DNA of 64,000 nucleotides, from the NCBI GenBank assembly GCA_010093705.1, contig MU006089.1, positions 1,661,561-1,725,560 on the forward strand, read 5' to 3'. Both the position numbers and the translations under genes were made by a program. The stretch is from Patellaria atrata CBS 101060. Its lineage: Eukaryota. The stretch's first letter is position 1. The number at the start of each line of letters is the position of its first letter. The notes under the pieces were generated by a model. That model worked only from the letters and a program-made list of their open reading frames with translations. It was not told where the DNA came from and did no database searches. Of this stretch, positions 11,457-24,474 are shown piece by piece.

Positions 11457-14091
11457 ATGGCCGATCCTCGTGCCTGGGTTGCTGCATCTCTCTTTTCAGT
11501 AATTGTCTTCGTTTTTATCATCTTTTTCGTTGCGTCACTTCAAAAGGACAATTTCTCAGATACAGCGCATACCATAAAGGCATATCTGAAGTTTGTCTAC
11601 TCATGTTTCCTCAAACCGCACACAGGAGACGAGAATGGCGGCCAACAAGCAGCGCTGGAAAGCTTCTATAAGGCGCAAGCGACGGTATACGATGCTACAA
11701 GAACCCGTCTTCTCCATGGGCGAGAAGATATGCTGGGCCTTGTAGCTGCGCAAATGAAGTTCAAGGAACAAACTAGAAGAACTGGACGGAAACCTATATG
11801 GATTGATGTGAGTTCTCACCACATATCAACAGAGATGAAATCCAACATATGCTAGATCGGTGGTGGAACTGGATACAACATTGAGCAAATGGCCAAATTC
11901 CTTCCAGTATCTGAATTCTTCCAAACGGTGTATCTCGTAGATCTCTCTCCTTCCCTTTGTGATATTGCACGCTCCAGATTCGCTAGGCTTGGCTGGGAAA
12001 ACGTTAGAGTCCTCTGTGAAGATGCTAGGTCGTTCAACCTCAGTGAGCAGCAAGAGAAAGAGCACGGACAAAACACCGCAGTAAGCAAAGGAGAAAGCCA
12101 CAATAATGTGGAAAGTCAAACTGATGGAGCCGCATTGATTACCATGAGTTATGCGCTCTCCATGATCCCAGATATATACCCCTTGATCGATACACTTTCG
12201 ACTCTACTATCCCCTGAGGGTATAATTGGAGTATGTGACTTCTACGTCCAGAACCAGGTAGATTATCAGAGCCGTAACTATACTGGTGGTGTTGTTGATA
12301 GGCATTGCACATGGATCTCGCGTGTTTTCTGGAGAACATGGTTTGAAGTTGACCGTGTCAATCTCGAACCTGCTAGACGGGACTATCTCGAGTATAGATT
12401 TGGCACCATTCTCAATATCAACGCTCGAAATCACTTTCTTGGTGTTAGGATACCGTACTATATATGGGTAGGATGTTCCAAGGAGAACGGATCGACCACG
12501 GCGAAGTTAGCGGAATTAGATGCAGCCGCAACCGAATCCCCCTTTCTGGAAGCCTTGGACTTGCATGCAAGTTTGTCTCGTCGTGCCAACAGTATACCAT
12601 CAGATGTTCGCTCTAAGGCACTAGAATGCGCAATTGTCAACTTATCTGCGAGCCTCCCACTCCCCTCCGCATGGTACCAAAATCACAACTGGCGTATCTA
12701 CTACGATTACCAGTTGCAAAAGCATAGGCAGTTCAAGGATGAGTATATTTATGCATTTACTTGGGAAGATAGTCGAGTAGATGCTCGACTGCTTAAAGTC
12801 CGGTCTGACGATGTTATTCTCGCACTCACCAGTGCAGGTGACAATATACTATCCTTTGCTTTGGAGAAACCGCGGCGAATACATGCGGTAGACTTGAAGT
12901 ATGACTACACATTTTTCACATCTTTGGTGATTGTCAAAAGCTGACTATTACAGTCCTACACAAAACCATCTCTTAGAGCTCAAGGTTGCGGCATTCACGG
13001 CATTAGGGTATTCGGACGTCTGGAAACTCTTTGGCGAAGGAAAGAATGATGCTTTCCAAGAACTTCTTGTGACTAAACTCAGTCCACACATGTCGAGCTT
13101 AGCATTCCAGTACTGGTTGCAGAACGGCCATACAGCGTTCAAAGATCGAGGACTCTATTACACCGGCGGATCAAGACACGCCATTCAGCTCGTTGGATGG
13201 CTATTCAAGATCTTCGGACTCAGCGGTCAAGTTCAGAAGCTCTGTTCCGCAAGTACGCTCAACGAACAGCGAGAAATCTGGCACCGTAGTCTACGAAACG
13301 TTCTCCTCAGTCGTATTCTCAGCTGGACCATAATCAGCAACGAGAGATGGCTCTGGAAAGCACTCGGAGTGCCACCAAATCAACGCAACCTGATCGAGAA
13401 GGAGTACGTCAAGCAAGAGGAATACGGTGACGCTCAGAGCTCCCGCTCCGGCCACGCCATCTGGGAATATATGGTCAACACTCTAGATCCGGTCGTGAAC
13501 AACACCCTCCTAAGCGAAGATAACCACTACTACCTCCTCTGTCTTCAGGGACACTACTCCCGCCGTTGCCACCCAGACTACCTGACTCCAAAAGCGCACA
13601 TTAAACTCTCGGCGCCAAACGCATTCGACAGCCTCCGCATCCACACGGACGAGATCAATGAGGTGATTGCCCGCATAAGTCCCGCGACGCTGACGATCGC
13701 CGTCGTTATGGACTCGATGGATTGGTTCGATCCGAAGGGCGCGGATGCCCGGAATCAGATCAGAGCGCTGAACCGCGCCTTGAAGATGGGCGGTAGGGTG
13801 CTATTGAGGAGCGCGGGATTGACGCCGTGGTATATTGCCAGGTTTGAGGAGATGGGGTTCGTGGCGAAGAGGGTTGCGGCAAGGATGCCGGGGAGCTGCG
13901 TTGATAGGTCAGTAGTCATCATTCTCCTTTCTCTCCTTTCTCTGGTCGTTTGGGAAGGCAACCGCTAATGTGGTGACAGGGTTAATATGTATGCCTCGAC
14001 GTGGCTTTGCACAAAGATTGCTACTCTCGAGAAGGTTCATGCGAAGGGGTTGAAGAAGGCGCTGGGGTCAATGGAGAAGTTGAAGATCTAG
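11457..14091 (+). CDS. BTA1: Betaine lipid (DGTS) synthase: SAM methyltransferase plus DUF3419/BtaA-like domain
   Basis: N-terminal TM segment, LESFYKAQATVYDATRTRLLHGRE, WID-IGGGTG, YIYAFTWED, ALTSAGDNIL, VVMDSMDWF, DRVNMYAS. Introns near 11807, 12899 and 13908. Confidence 0.92.
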
Positions 14092-14745
14092 TCGGCTGCG
14101 TGGGTGTGAATTATACCTTCAGAAAAGCGATTATAGATCGTGGAAGTTGGATGTTTGGTTTGGGGGTAGCCAGTAACCTTGTCCTTATTACTCTCGAATG
14201 TTGGATTCGTTATTTCGTCTTTATTATCAAGGTAACGCTACCGTGGAGCCACCATCCTCTTCAATATCTTAGTACAGTTGATTTAGCATGATGATTCGTC
14301 TAACCTCCTTATGAAATTTATCATTATCGTAAGCACTAGCCCCTGATAAGCAAAAAGATAAGAATAGAAAATAAGAAAATAAGAACTCCAATTATAACAG
14401 ACATATTCAGATATATTCAATTTTCGATACTTTGGCGGTGGTAGCATGGTATTATATTGCCCCTGAAATCTTAACTCGAAGTGATATTGATCGGAAGCTG
14501 AGGTAAGGTCCATATGCAGCTGAACAGATGATAGTAGTTGATTGATGATGATGGTGGATGGATGAAAATTGTGAATGATAACGAAATAGTGTGCAATGAG
14601 ACTTTAACGGGTTGGTGAGACTGAGTCGTTAAATATACATCCCTTAATTCCTTTCCTATATACAGTGAGAGCAAGCCGGTAAAGCTTGCCTATGACAAGA
14701 GAAGACGAAAACGCCGAAAGGAGAGTTCTACGAGCACACCAAAGT

Positions 14746-15594
14746 TCAAACAGACTTTTGTCTTTCCTCCTCGAGCTCTAATTCCGCCTGTCTGTAATAT
14801 TTCGCGGTATCCACACCGTGTTGATTGTGATTGACGAAGTTGAACCACGGCATCACATGGATGAAAGTGGCCGAGTACCGCGAATTCCGCGATGCAACGC
14901 CCTGCATGTATTCCGTGAGACCCGACTTGCCGTATAGCGGCTCCCCGCGCTTGACCTTGTCGACCATCTCGCGCATGTCCATCTCGATCTCGCGTCTGTT
15001 TTCGCTCGCGCCGTAGAATCGGACTATAAAGCCCCAAGTTAGGGTGAACCGTCAGTCGTGTTCTCTGCGAAACGAAAGGCCATAGGCCTAGATTATTTGG
15101 GACAGTCTGGCTCTTTTCTTCTTGGATTTGAGGTGATGAGGAAGACGTACATATCGACCTGCTATACACGTATAAGAACCCACCCACGGCACCAATGGCG
15201 ACGTTAAGTCGCATGACGGGCGGGAAGCCACCCTTGCCGACGTAAGACGGGGAGATACGCTCCATCAAGCCGAAGATGCTGGGACCTAGGGCTGCAACTG
15301 CGGTTCCCTCAACGTAGTCTCTAGGGCGGGCATAGCGAAAGACTCGGTTGATGTGCCTAGAGTTGGGTTAGTTGAGAGGTTGCGGGTCGGTTTGTAGAGC
15401 ACGGTTTAGGGTTAGGAGGGATTGGAATGAAAAGATGGAGACATACGGGTCACTGTCGATAAGCTATATATCCTTTGTTAGTGATCCAGTTTACAACGCA
15501 TTGAGATGTGAAGGGCCACTGGGATACATACTGGATAATCGCCTGGTGTCCTTTTGGCCGGGACAAAGGGACGAGAGGCCGTTTCGGAAGACAT
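14746..15594 (-). CDS. NADH:ubiquinone oxidoreductase 20.9/21 kDa accessory subunit (NUXM)
   Basis: GDYP-LIDSDP-HINRVFRYAR, MERISPSYVGKGGF, RFYGASENRREIEMDMREMVDKVKRGEPLYG, PWFNFVNHNQHGVDTAKYY. Three introns. Confidence 0.92.
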
Positions 15595-15862
15595 GGTTGC
15601 GTTTATGTGATTCTAGAGGGGAGAGGGTGGGTTGGAGGTTGAAGTTTAGTTCGTGAGGCCCGGGCTTGGCAGCGGAATGGGGAGCTTTTTGGTGGAGCTT
15701 GGTGAAGGTGCATCATTGGAAATTTCCATTTTGGAGCGCGTTTTTGGAGCTTGAAGACGCGCAATGTCAACACGGATGAACCATTGAATGAACTAACTTC
15801 TAGAACCCCTTAGAGGCATATATCCAGCTCAATCTTTCTTGTCTACCTGGATAAGATTGAAA

Positions 15863-18800
15863 ATGGAGGGAATACAACGCACGCGATCGACCTCGAACAA
15901 TACGGTCCCCATCACAACTTCCCAGGGGGACTTTTCGAACTTACAAGCTCGACCAACTGTCGCAGATCTAACTGGCGAGAATCACTATGCAGAAACGGCG
16001 CGGAAACACTGGTTGAAGTCGACTAAGTTGAGCAAAGCCAAGCTTAATGTGGTCAAGGAAGAGTTATGGGAGCCTTTGGAAAAAGAGGATTTCGCATATG
16101 GATCACTACTCATATTAGAAAATCTACAACTTCTTGAGAGGTAAGGGAGGAAATAAGAGCTTGCTATGCCGCGATACTAATGTATTCAGGTATCTTTGGC
16201 CTGGATATACCGAGGATTCATCAAATTACCATGTCTTACTACTTGCGCTACTAGTAAATGTGAAGACAAGGGAGAATTTACCTTCCTGGGGTATGTATGG
16301 TTCTTGGTATAGTGAATCTTGCTGATGTCTTCTAGAGCATTTCTCCGAAAGGCCTTATGAGTTCTCTCACTTCTTTCGTCGCATACTCTCTATGACTGTA
16401 GACCAGACACTCTCCCCTAAACTCCGAACACACCTATTATCATTCATCATTGGTGCATACCAGTCACTGGATAGCGGTCTAGTGAGGAAAGAATGCGCCC
16501 CTCTGGTGTCGATTGCGATATGGCACAATCTACATAGTGACACGGTGAGGGAAGCGCAATTCGAGAAATATAGCCAGCTAAAGAAGGCATGGAGAGCATC
16601 AAATAAGAGGTATGATAGCGCAGATGATGAAATGAAGACCAGATTACGCTTTGAGCGGTCGTGGTTATACTCATTACTTCTACATTTTCTGAACCTCTTA
16701 TACGACGCCCAGTTGCGAACAAAAGACAAAATATTTTACTGCGAAAGATTTGTGGAATTACTCTCTGATCTGCAAAGTCAACTGCCCACTAGGCGATACG
16801 TCAACACACTGATACAGGACTTGAATCTACTCCCAGCTATCAAGTTGTCACCTTTGTACAGTGGTGAGGATAACGGCTTGCTCCGGGACTTGTATAACCT
16901 GCTTCGCCATTTTACCTATTTCCCGATAGATGATCAGACTGGGCAGCAGTTATCATATATGGAGTATCATCAGGCTCATTGCGCAAAGCTAGCAAGACTA
17001 CAGCGCATTGCTTTTAAAAACTTCGAGTCCAAGCTCAAAATTCTCGCACTCTCTAATTACGCATCACTAGATAACAGATCAGACCTAGAAAGCCATCTTG
17101 ATCCGTTGTCAGTAGATGAGTTAGTACAGTTATGCGGACTGTTAGGAATACGAACAGAATATCCCGCTTCTTCGTTGGTCGTGCGGGACCGTTCATTCTA
17201 CATTGAACTCATCGTATTCGAACACGAAAAGAGACCCACCTTTCAAGAATCTGTGAGATCTCTTACTATTCTTCCTACGGAAAATACGTTGTACGAACAG
17301 ACGTTCCTGCGTAACGAAACCTATAATGGCTCTAGGCCGCTAGCCATTCCGAAATTGAATCTCCAATACTTAACTATGGGCGATTTCCTCTGGCGGTCTT
17401 TCATACTCCATCGATGCGAGTCTTTCTATCAGATAAGAGCTGACATGGAGGAGACAGTGAAGAGACTTCAGCCTAGGATGGGAGGCGGCATCACTAGATT
17501 TGACGGGTTCTCACGTATGGCACTTCCCATAACTAAACCTGCGATACTCGACGTAGCTCTAGCGAGGGTAGGTGAGTCTCATCCTGCCCAAGTACGGATC
17601 GAGGTCATATTGGATGTCAGTCGGCTGAATCATCTCGTAACCCGAGAATGGGAATCGCTTCGCCCCGATGATGTTGTTTTTCTTCTAGCTGTACACCCAG
17701 TTCAACCCGGTATGGCGTTGACGAACGGTCACTCTGAACCCACAATAGGGGAGAAGTTAGGATTAAGGCATTTACGTGCAGCAGAAATCATTCAGGTCCA
17801 AGACGACAGAGGCCGTCCATTGAGAGATACGCAGATGAATACTGAAGAGGGACGATCCAATCGTGGTCGTCAGCGTCGATTACAGCTTAGATTGGACCCC
17901 GCAGCATATCAAGAAGACTTGGACCGTGTTGCTAAGGGTAAACCGGACATTTATCCAAGTATCAATGTTATTGTTCGTCGGAGAGGCAGAGAAAATAACT
18001 TCAAGCCTATCCTGGAGTCTATGAAGCGACTTACGCTATCTGATGTCCCTGCCCCGGCATGGTTGCAAGAAGTCTTCCTCGGCTATGGTGATCCGTCCAG
18101 CGCAATGTACAAGCGTCTTCCCAATAGATTAAAGTCAATTGATTTTAGGGATACATTCTTGGACTGGCAGCATTTGGTACAGAGCTTACCAGGAAAGACT
18201 GTGCAACCCCATGATGATATGGAGTCGAGTGGTCCGCCATATGTCCTAGATTTCCCCTTAGATGATGCTCAGCCTGTTCCAGTACGGTCGTCCAAGAAAA
18301 GGCGGCGAGATCAGGTAGAAATTGAGCAACCTGCCCATGAGTCCTTCACGGTCTCTACCTACAAGCCTCCGAATGTGGGACCGTATCCCGCTGATAAACC
18401 GAAGCTGAATACTGTCCGTTTCACTCCGGCCCAAACAGAAGCGATTACATCGGGTACGCAACCTGGTCTGACGGTAATAGTTGGACCGCCGGGCACGGGC
18501 AAAACGGACGTCGCCACTCAGATTATAAATAACATCTATCACAACTTCCCTTCTCAGAGAACGCTGCTTATTGCGCATAGCAATCAGGCTTTGAACCAAT
18601 TATTTCAGAAGATTGTCGCGCTTGATATTGACGAGCGCCATCTCCTTCGATTGGGACATGGTGAAGAAGAACTCGAGCTCGATGCCAGCTATAGCAAATA
18701 TGGAAGAGTTGAATCTTTCCTAGAGAGAGGTGCATATTACCTAGCAGAAGTGAATAGGCTTGCAGCAAATTTCGGAGCGCCTGGTGCTCATGGTAATTCA

Positions 18801-20365
18801 TGTGAGACTGCGGATTATTTCAATCTAGTCTACGTGAAACCAGCGTGGACGAAGTATTGGGATAGAGTACAAAACGAGGATCTCACTAATGACGAAATTA
18901 TTCTAGAGTTCCCCTTCCACTCATACTTTTCTAATGCTCCGCAGCCGATATTTCCGGAAGGCTCATCGAGAGAAACAGTCATTGATATAATAACTGGCTG
19001 TTACCGGCATATTGAAAAGATATTTACGGAGTTAGAGGATATCAGACCTTTCGAGATATTAAGAAACACTCGGGATAAAGCAAATTATCTCCTGATCAAA
19101 GAAGCTAGGATAATAGCAATGACGTCTACCCACGCTGCTATGCGAAGACAAGAAATTGCAAATCTAGGATTCCATTACGACAACGTTATCATGGAGGAAG
19201 CAGCCCAGGTCACTGAAATAGAAAACTTCATACCTCTAGCTTTACAGAAACCCAAGGACGGAGAATTGCAATTGCAGCGGATAGTATTGTGCGGTGATCA
19301 CTTACAAAACTCGCCGGTCATTCAGAACTTAGCTTTTCGACAGTATGCAAATCTCGAGCAGAGCTTATTCCTACGCCTTATAAGACTAGGTGTACCAGCC
19401 ATCATGCTCGATCAGCAAGGCCGCGCCCGACCAAGTCTGGCGGATCTGTACAGATGGCGATATACCCGTCTTGGAGATCTCTCTATCGTAGAGTCGGCAC
19501 CGGAATTCCAAACTGCGAATGCGGGGCTCAGACACGAGTATCAGTTTGTCAACGTCGAGGACTACAAAGGAAAGGGCGAGATGGAGCCAACGCAACATTT
19601 CATTCAAAACTTGGGTGAAGCAGAATACGTCGTCGCACTATACATGTACATGCGTCTGCTGGGGTATCCAGCGTCGAAGATCTCGATCCTGACGACATAC
19701 GCTGGTCAGCGTGCCCTTATCAAGGATGTGCTGAACCATCGGTGTGCGAAGAATAGACTGTTTGGCCTACCAAGGATAGTCACGACGGTAGATAAGTATC
19801 AGGGCGAGCAGAACGATTGTAAGCATCTTCCCCTAATAACCCTGGAGCACTAGCGTCATGAAGTTACTTATTACCGTTGACTAACAAGATAATGACAGAT
19901 GTTCTCGTATCCCTCGTCCGCACTAAACGCGTTGGTTACCTCCGCGATATTCGCCGCCTAACTGTCGCGCTTTCGCGCGCCCGTCTCGGGTTATATGTTT
20001 TCGGCCGCCGCGAAGTCTTCGAGGCCTCATTCGAGCTCAAGAAGACATTTGATCGGCTCCTTGCACACGGTGATAAGTTATCGCTTGTCACGGATGAGAT
20101 GTTCCCGACCACAAGGTCGGTGGGGGAGGAGAAGCTGGCTACGGATATGGCGGGTGTGGAGCATTTAGGCCAGTATGTGTATGAGATGACACAAGCGAAG
20201 GTTAAGGCTTTGAGGGAAGGTGGTGGTGTCTTGCCGGCGTTAGAAGCGACGGTGGAGGTGGCCATGGAGGATGTGGATGATGGAGAAGGGGTGTTGCAGG
20301 ATGTTGAGGAAGTTAGTGAAGATGAAGAAAATGAGGAGGAAGGGGGAAAAGGAGTAACCGTGTAA
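15863..20365 (+). CDS. cwf11: Intron-binding spliceosomal SF1 helicase Aquarius (Cwf11/IBP160)
   Basis: LAIPKLNLQYLT, Walker A VGPPGTGKTD, IMEEAAQ, TVDKYQGEQND, RRLTVALSRARLGLY. Introns near 16141, 16291 and 19819. Confidence 0.95.
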
Positions 20366-20819
20366 AATATGAGATCAAAGGAGTGGAGGAATTGTAAATA
20401 TAGCATCATCTAGATTCCAACTGACGGAATGATATAAGATTTTACATCGTTCATTTGCGCTGTCACCGCAATTACAATTTCAAGAAACCTTTAAGTAAAG
20501 AGAATTTGAACATAGAAAAGCAAAAAGAAGAACATGAAGAGAGAAAGAAATTGAGAATTACATATTGCGTGATGTTCTAGGATGAGCAGGTTGGGCCTGA
20601 AAAGGCTCGTACTTAGTGATCATCTGACTACCAAACAGACGTCCCAGTGGACAAAGTACAAGAACGAAGCTCATTTCCGAGCACATCATAGGTAAAGGCG
20701 CGTTAAGGAACTTCGCTGGAGACGTGACTAAGTGGTTTCCAATACTACACGTGATACCCCCTTTCCAGTCCCCTTTGCATTACTTCGTAATCGCCAAGAG
20801 TAGATTCTAACATCCAACT

Positions 20820-20995
20820 AACCCCGTGGCAGAGCGGGCAGGCAGTCTGACTATGCTCCTCCTCCCTTTCCCGAACGTCGTCGGTTCGAATCTCTCCGGG
20901 CGGGTTTATCGGTAAATCTTAGGTCAATGGAGTAGCGGCAGCAAAAATTCCGTTAGGGGGGTTTAAGGAGCCTTAGGGCTCATTGTCTTGCAATT
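20820..20995 (+). mobile_element. tRNA-derived SINE-like element or degenerate tRNA with Pol III A and B boxes
   Basis: A box TGGCAGAGCGG (20827-20837) and B-box-like GGTTCGAATCT (20883-20893). Partial acceptor pairing AACCCCG/CGGGTTT, but the T stem and anticodon arm do not fold. Confidence 0.5.
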
Positions 20996-22551
20996 GTTAT
21001 TTTAATCTTCTTTTTATTTCTTTTACTTGTACGCAAGAGACCGTTGTAATAGGCTGCGATATATATTTTATGGTTGGTAGGGCTTGAATAGGGGTATCCT
21101 GACGTCTTTTTCTTTTTTTATTGCTCAGATCAGAGTAGATAGGATAGAGGTTATCGAAGGAAAAGAAAACCAGTATACGTAGACAAACCATTGCGTCCAT
21201 TTATATTCTATGCCAATGATTGCTATAGCGATTTCAGGCACCTCTAGGATTTCTTAAATGATTTGACCGTATCGGGTGATAGCTCCTCCACTATGTTGTT
21301 TTCATCCTTCCATGCTTGTGCAACGTACCTAGTACAGAATATAAGATAGACGAACATACAGAACAGAGCGAATCTGACACGAAGATAATGGGAGTTCTTA
21401 CTTAGTATGACTCCCCCGAGCGAACATGTCATTTTTTCCATTGAAGAATTGTATCGAGGTGAAAGCAAGGGTTTTGCCGACTGGATGTTTTCATAGAGTA
21501 AGTATAGGGAATTCTCCAATCAGGGCTTTAGACAAGGTTACATTTATCGCAGCTCACTTCCTACCCAGTTATCAGAAAAAGTTCTCCACTGCATGATTAA
21601 AACTAGTAGTTAAGAGTGAAGCTTTTCTTACCGCTCGAATTAAATCCCCAATCTTACCGCCAGAACTAAGGTATGTCACTATTTTGTATGTTAGGAAATA
21701 GTCAAACATACAAAATCAGGAGCGAGCATCGGATCTCTCTACCGTTAAGATCAGTTGAGACACCGGTTGAGTATAACCCTCGTGATGCTACTGCTAGTGA
21801 TCCACCCAAATCCACTTGAATGAGTTATAGTCAGTACGTTTCATATATGCAGTAGTGAATCAGAGAGAGTTCTCACCCATGCTTGCTATTGTTCCCCCAT
21901 GGAGGATCTGGAGTCGATTCTATCGTACAATCCTGGTGAGTAGATTCGGAGGCAAGAGAAAAGGAAAACTGGGCCCTACTGTATGATTCTTCTCAAGTTG
22001 AAGCTCGAATTCGACCTTGCCCGGGACCGCAGAGGTTACTTTGAGCTAGGATAGTGTTAATGTTTGATATCTGAGGTCAGGATGATGAAGAAACCAACAG
22101 AATCGAGAAGACTAATAGCAACACAATGTTTCTTGTTATTGGTTCAGTTCGATAGACTGCCATTTCGAATTTCATTACCGTGGTTCTAGTCCTGAAGTTG
22201 CTCTGAACGATTCCCATACCTAATGATGTAGTTAGCTCAAGCAATTGTAACTTTATAATCTGTATGCAACTAGCTTACGGATCGTACGAACTTCAGAGCC
22301 CTTTTATTACTCATAGTGTCCTTTCTATGATAAATTGAAAGAATTTCTGGGAATCGTGGCACTCTTCCAGGTTTCCCATCTGATATCGCGTTTGATGGAG
22401 TCACTTTTGGTCCGCAGCGGTCACCGTATAAAATTTAGTTACACGAAGCAACGAGTGAAGCAAATATCTTGAAAAACGATCTTGCGTTCAAGGTTTCCAG
22501 CGACTATGATACTAAGGTAACGGATTCATCCAAGACCCAACATCAGCTAAG

Positions 22552-24151
22552 ATGTCGGTGTCAACTTCACAAGCTCTGGAGTATCTCCAGGGCCTGCCTG
22601 GAATGACACAGGCGAAACTATACACCCAACCTTCGGCAGCTCTCGCGATATTTAGGCGCATGCTGCCTCATTTGGGTACTTCTCTCTTATGGGCAAATGA
22701 GTCCGGACACCAGAATGATATTACTCTTGTTGTCAATTCTATGGCTAATGTAAATTTGCATGTATAGCGAAAACAATCGTCATGGCTATGCTCTATATGC
22801 CAAAACCGTTTCCCGCGACCGACTTAGATCTGTGGCTACGACCAGACGCGAGACGGTATGCAACTATGCACGTAGTAAAGAGAGTATTATTGACATCTGT
22901 GTCATAGTGAGAGAGATCTGGCCATGTCAGTTCTGGAAAGTCTACATATCATCACCACCGCACAGGAGAAGCAAGGACCCAAAGCATATAGTTTGTCCAA
23001 AGACTTTGCAAAATCTTTGAAGAATGCGTTGACCGGTGGTGGTAATCACAGCTCCTTCGGAGTACCCATAAATGATCACGATAGGCAAGAGGTATCAATA
23101 GCTTTTCTCGATGATTATGCCAGGACGCAGTGGGAGACGATCCTATACTATATGGTTGGCAGCGCTGGTACTGCTATTGCCGGGAATCACAGTATCAGTT
23201 CGGGGACAAAGACATTGCTTTCAATTGGAGGCTTTGTGGAAATGAAGCTCAACCGTACGGTAATCACTCAGACCGGGTTTACATTCCTGTTGCAGGAGGT
23301 AAACGCTCAGGTCTGGAGTTTACTCATTGTCTACCTTGAAAATGCACCTACTGTGAGTCCGACTCTGCTTCCTTTGCGTCTTAAAACCATTAACAGAACT
23401 CAAGTTGAACATGGACGAGGTCGATGTCCTCTCTTTCCTCTTTATGCTCGGAAGTCTTGAGCTCGGTCAAGCTTATAGTACTGCTAACCTCACAGCAACC
23501 CAACAACACATGCTCGACGACCTTAACGATTTCGGCATCATATACCGGAAAAATGTACAATCGAGCCGATTTTACCCCACCCGCCTCGCCACCACTCTCA
23601 CCTCTGATGCTGGTGCTCTCATGAGTGAGAGCTCCAGTTTCCAAAACGCCCTACGTTCCGGAAGTGAGAGCAAAGGCTACATCATCATCGAAACCAATTA
23701 CCGGCTCTACGCTTACACCACTTCTTTACTCCAGATTGCTGTGCTCAACCTCTTCACCCGCCTTTCGACTCGCTTCCCCAATCTCGTGTCCGGCAAACTA
23801 ACCAAAGAGTCCATCCAGCGCGCAATCTCGTACGGCATCACGAGCGACCAGATCATCAGCTACCTAACTACACATGCGCACCCGCAGATGCAGAAGACCG
23901 TGCCCATCCTGCCACCTACCGTGGTAGATCAAATCCGGCTGTGGCAGATTGAGGGCGATCGCATGAGGGCGACCCCCGGGTTTTTGATGCAGGGATTCGA
24001 CTTGAATGCGTATACCGATGTTTCGAATTATGCGGAGGCGTTGGGTGTGCTGGTTTGGAAGAGCGATGCGAAGAGGAGCTTTTTTGTTAGTAAGATTGAT
24101 CAGATATCAGCTTATATTAAGGGATCGCAGAAGGGGAAAAAAGGGGAGTAG
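22552..24151 (+). CDS. TFB2: TFIIH subunit p52 / Tfb2
   Basis: LAIFRRMLPHL, YARTQWETILYYMV, GFTFLLQEVNAQVW, FYPTRLATTL, GYIIIETNYRLYAYT, PPTVVDQIRLWQIE. Three introns. Confidence 0.95.
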
Positions 24152-24474
24152 TAACCCAAAAGTCGCTAACATTACACATACTCGAGATAGAGTAGGTTTC
24201 TAAATTCCTCTGGAAAAGCAATGGCGTTCTAGACGAGCATGGCGGCGTACGGTTTGTGTATTCCTTAAAGGATGTTTTTCTCTGATATCCATACCTAAGA
24301 GCAATGTCGCACAAGCTATCTCAGAGGTATATTTCCAACTTAATCTAGGCAGTCAGGCCTCCAATAACAAACGTCATAATAAGGCCATACAGGCAGTTAT
24401 TCATTACCCACTCAAAACCGCGTAAACGCCATCCCATAATCCCTTAACCCTTCGACTCCAACGTACTCCTTCAC

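Noticed and set aside
15405..15420. TTAGGGTTAGG telomere-like motif
   Set aside because: Fewer than two full units, inside a NUXM intron; chance.
20400..22500. Telomerase RNA candidate (gap size similar to Pezizomycotina TER)
   Set aside because: Only partial template-like strings (CTAACCCC, TAACCCTC); no full CTAACCCTAA-type template or recognisable pseudoknot.
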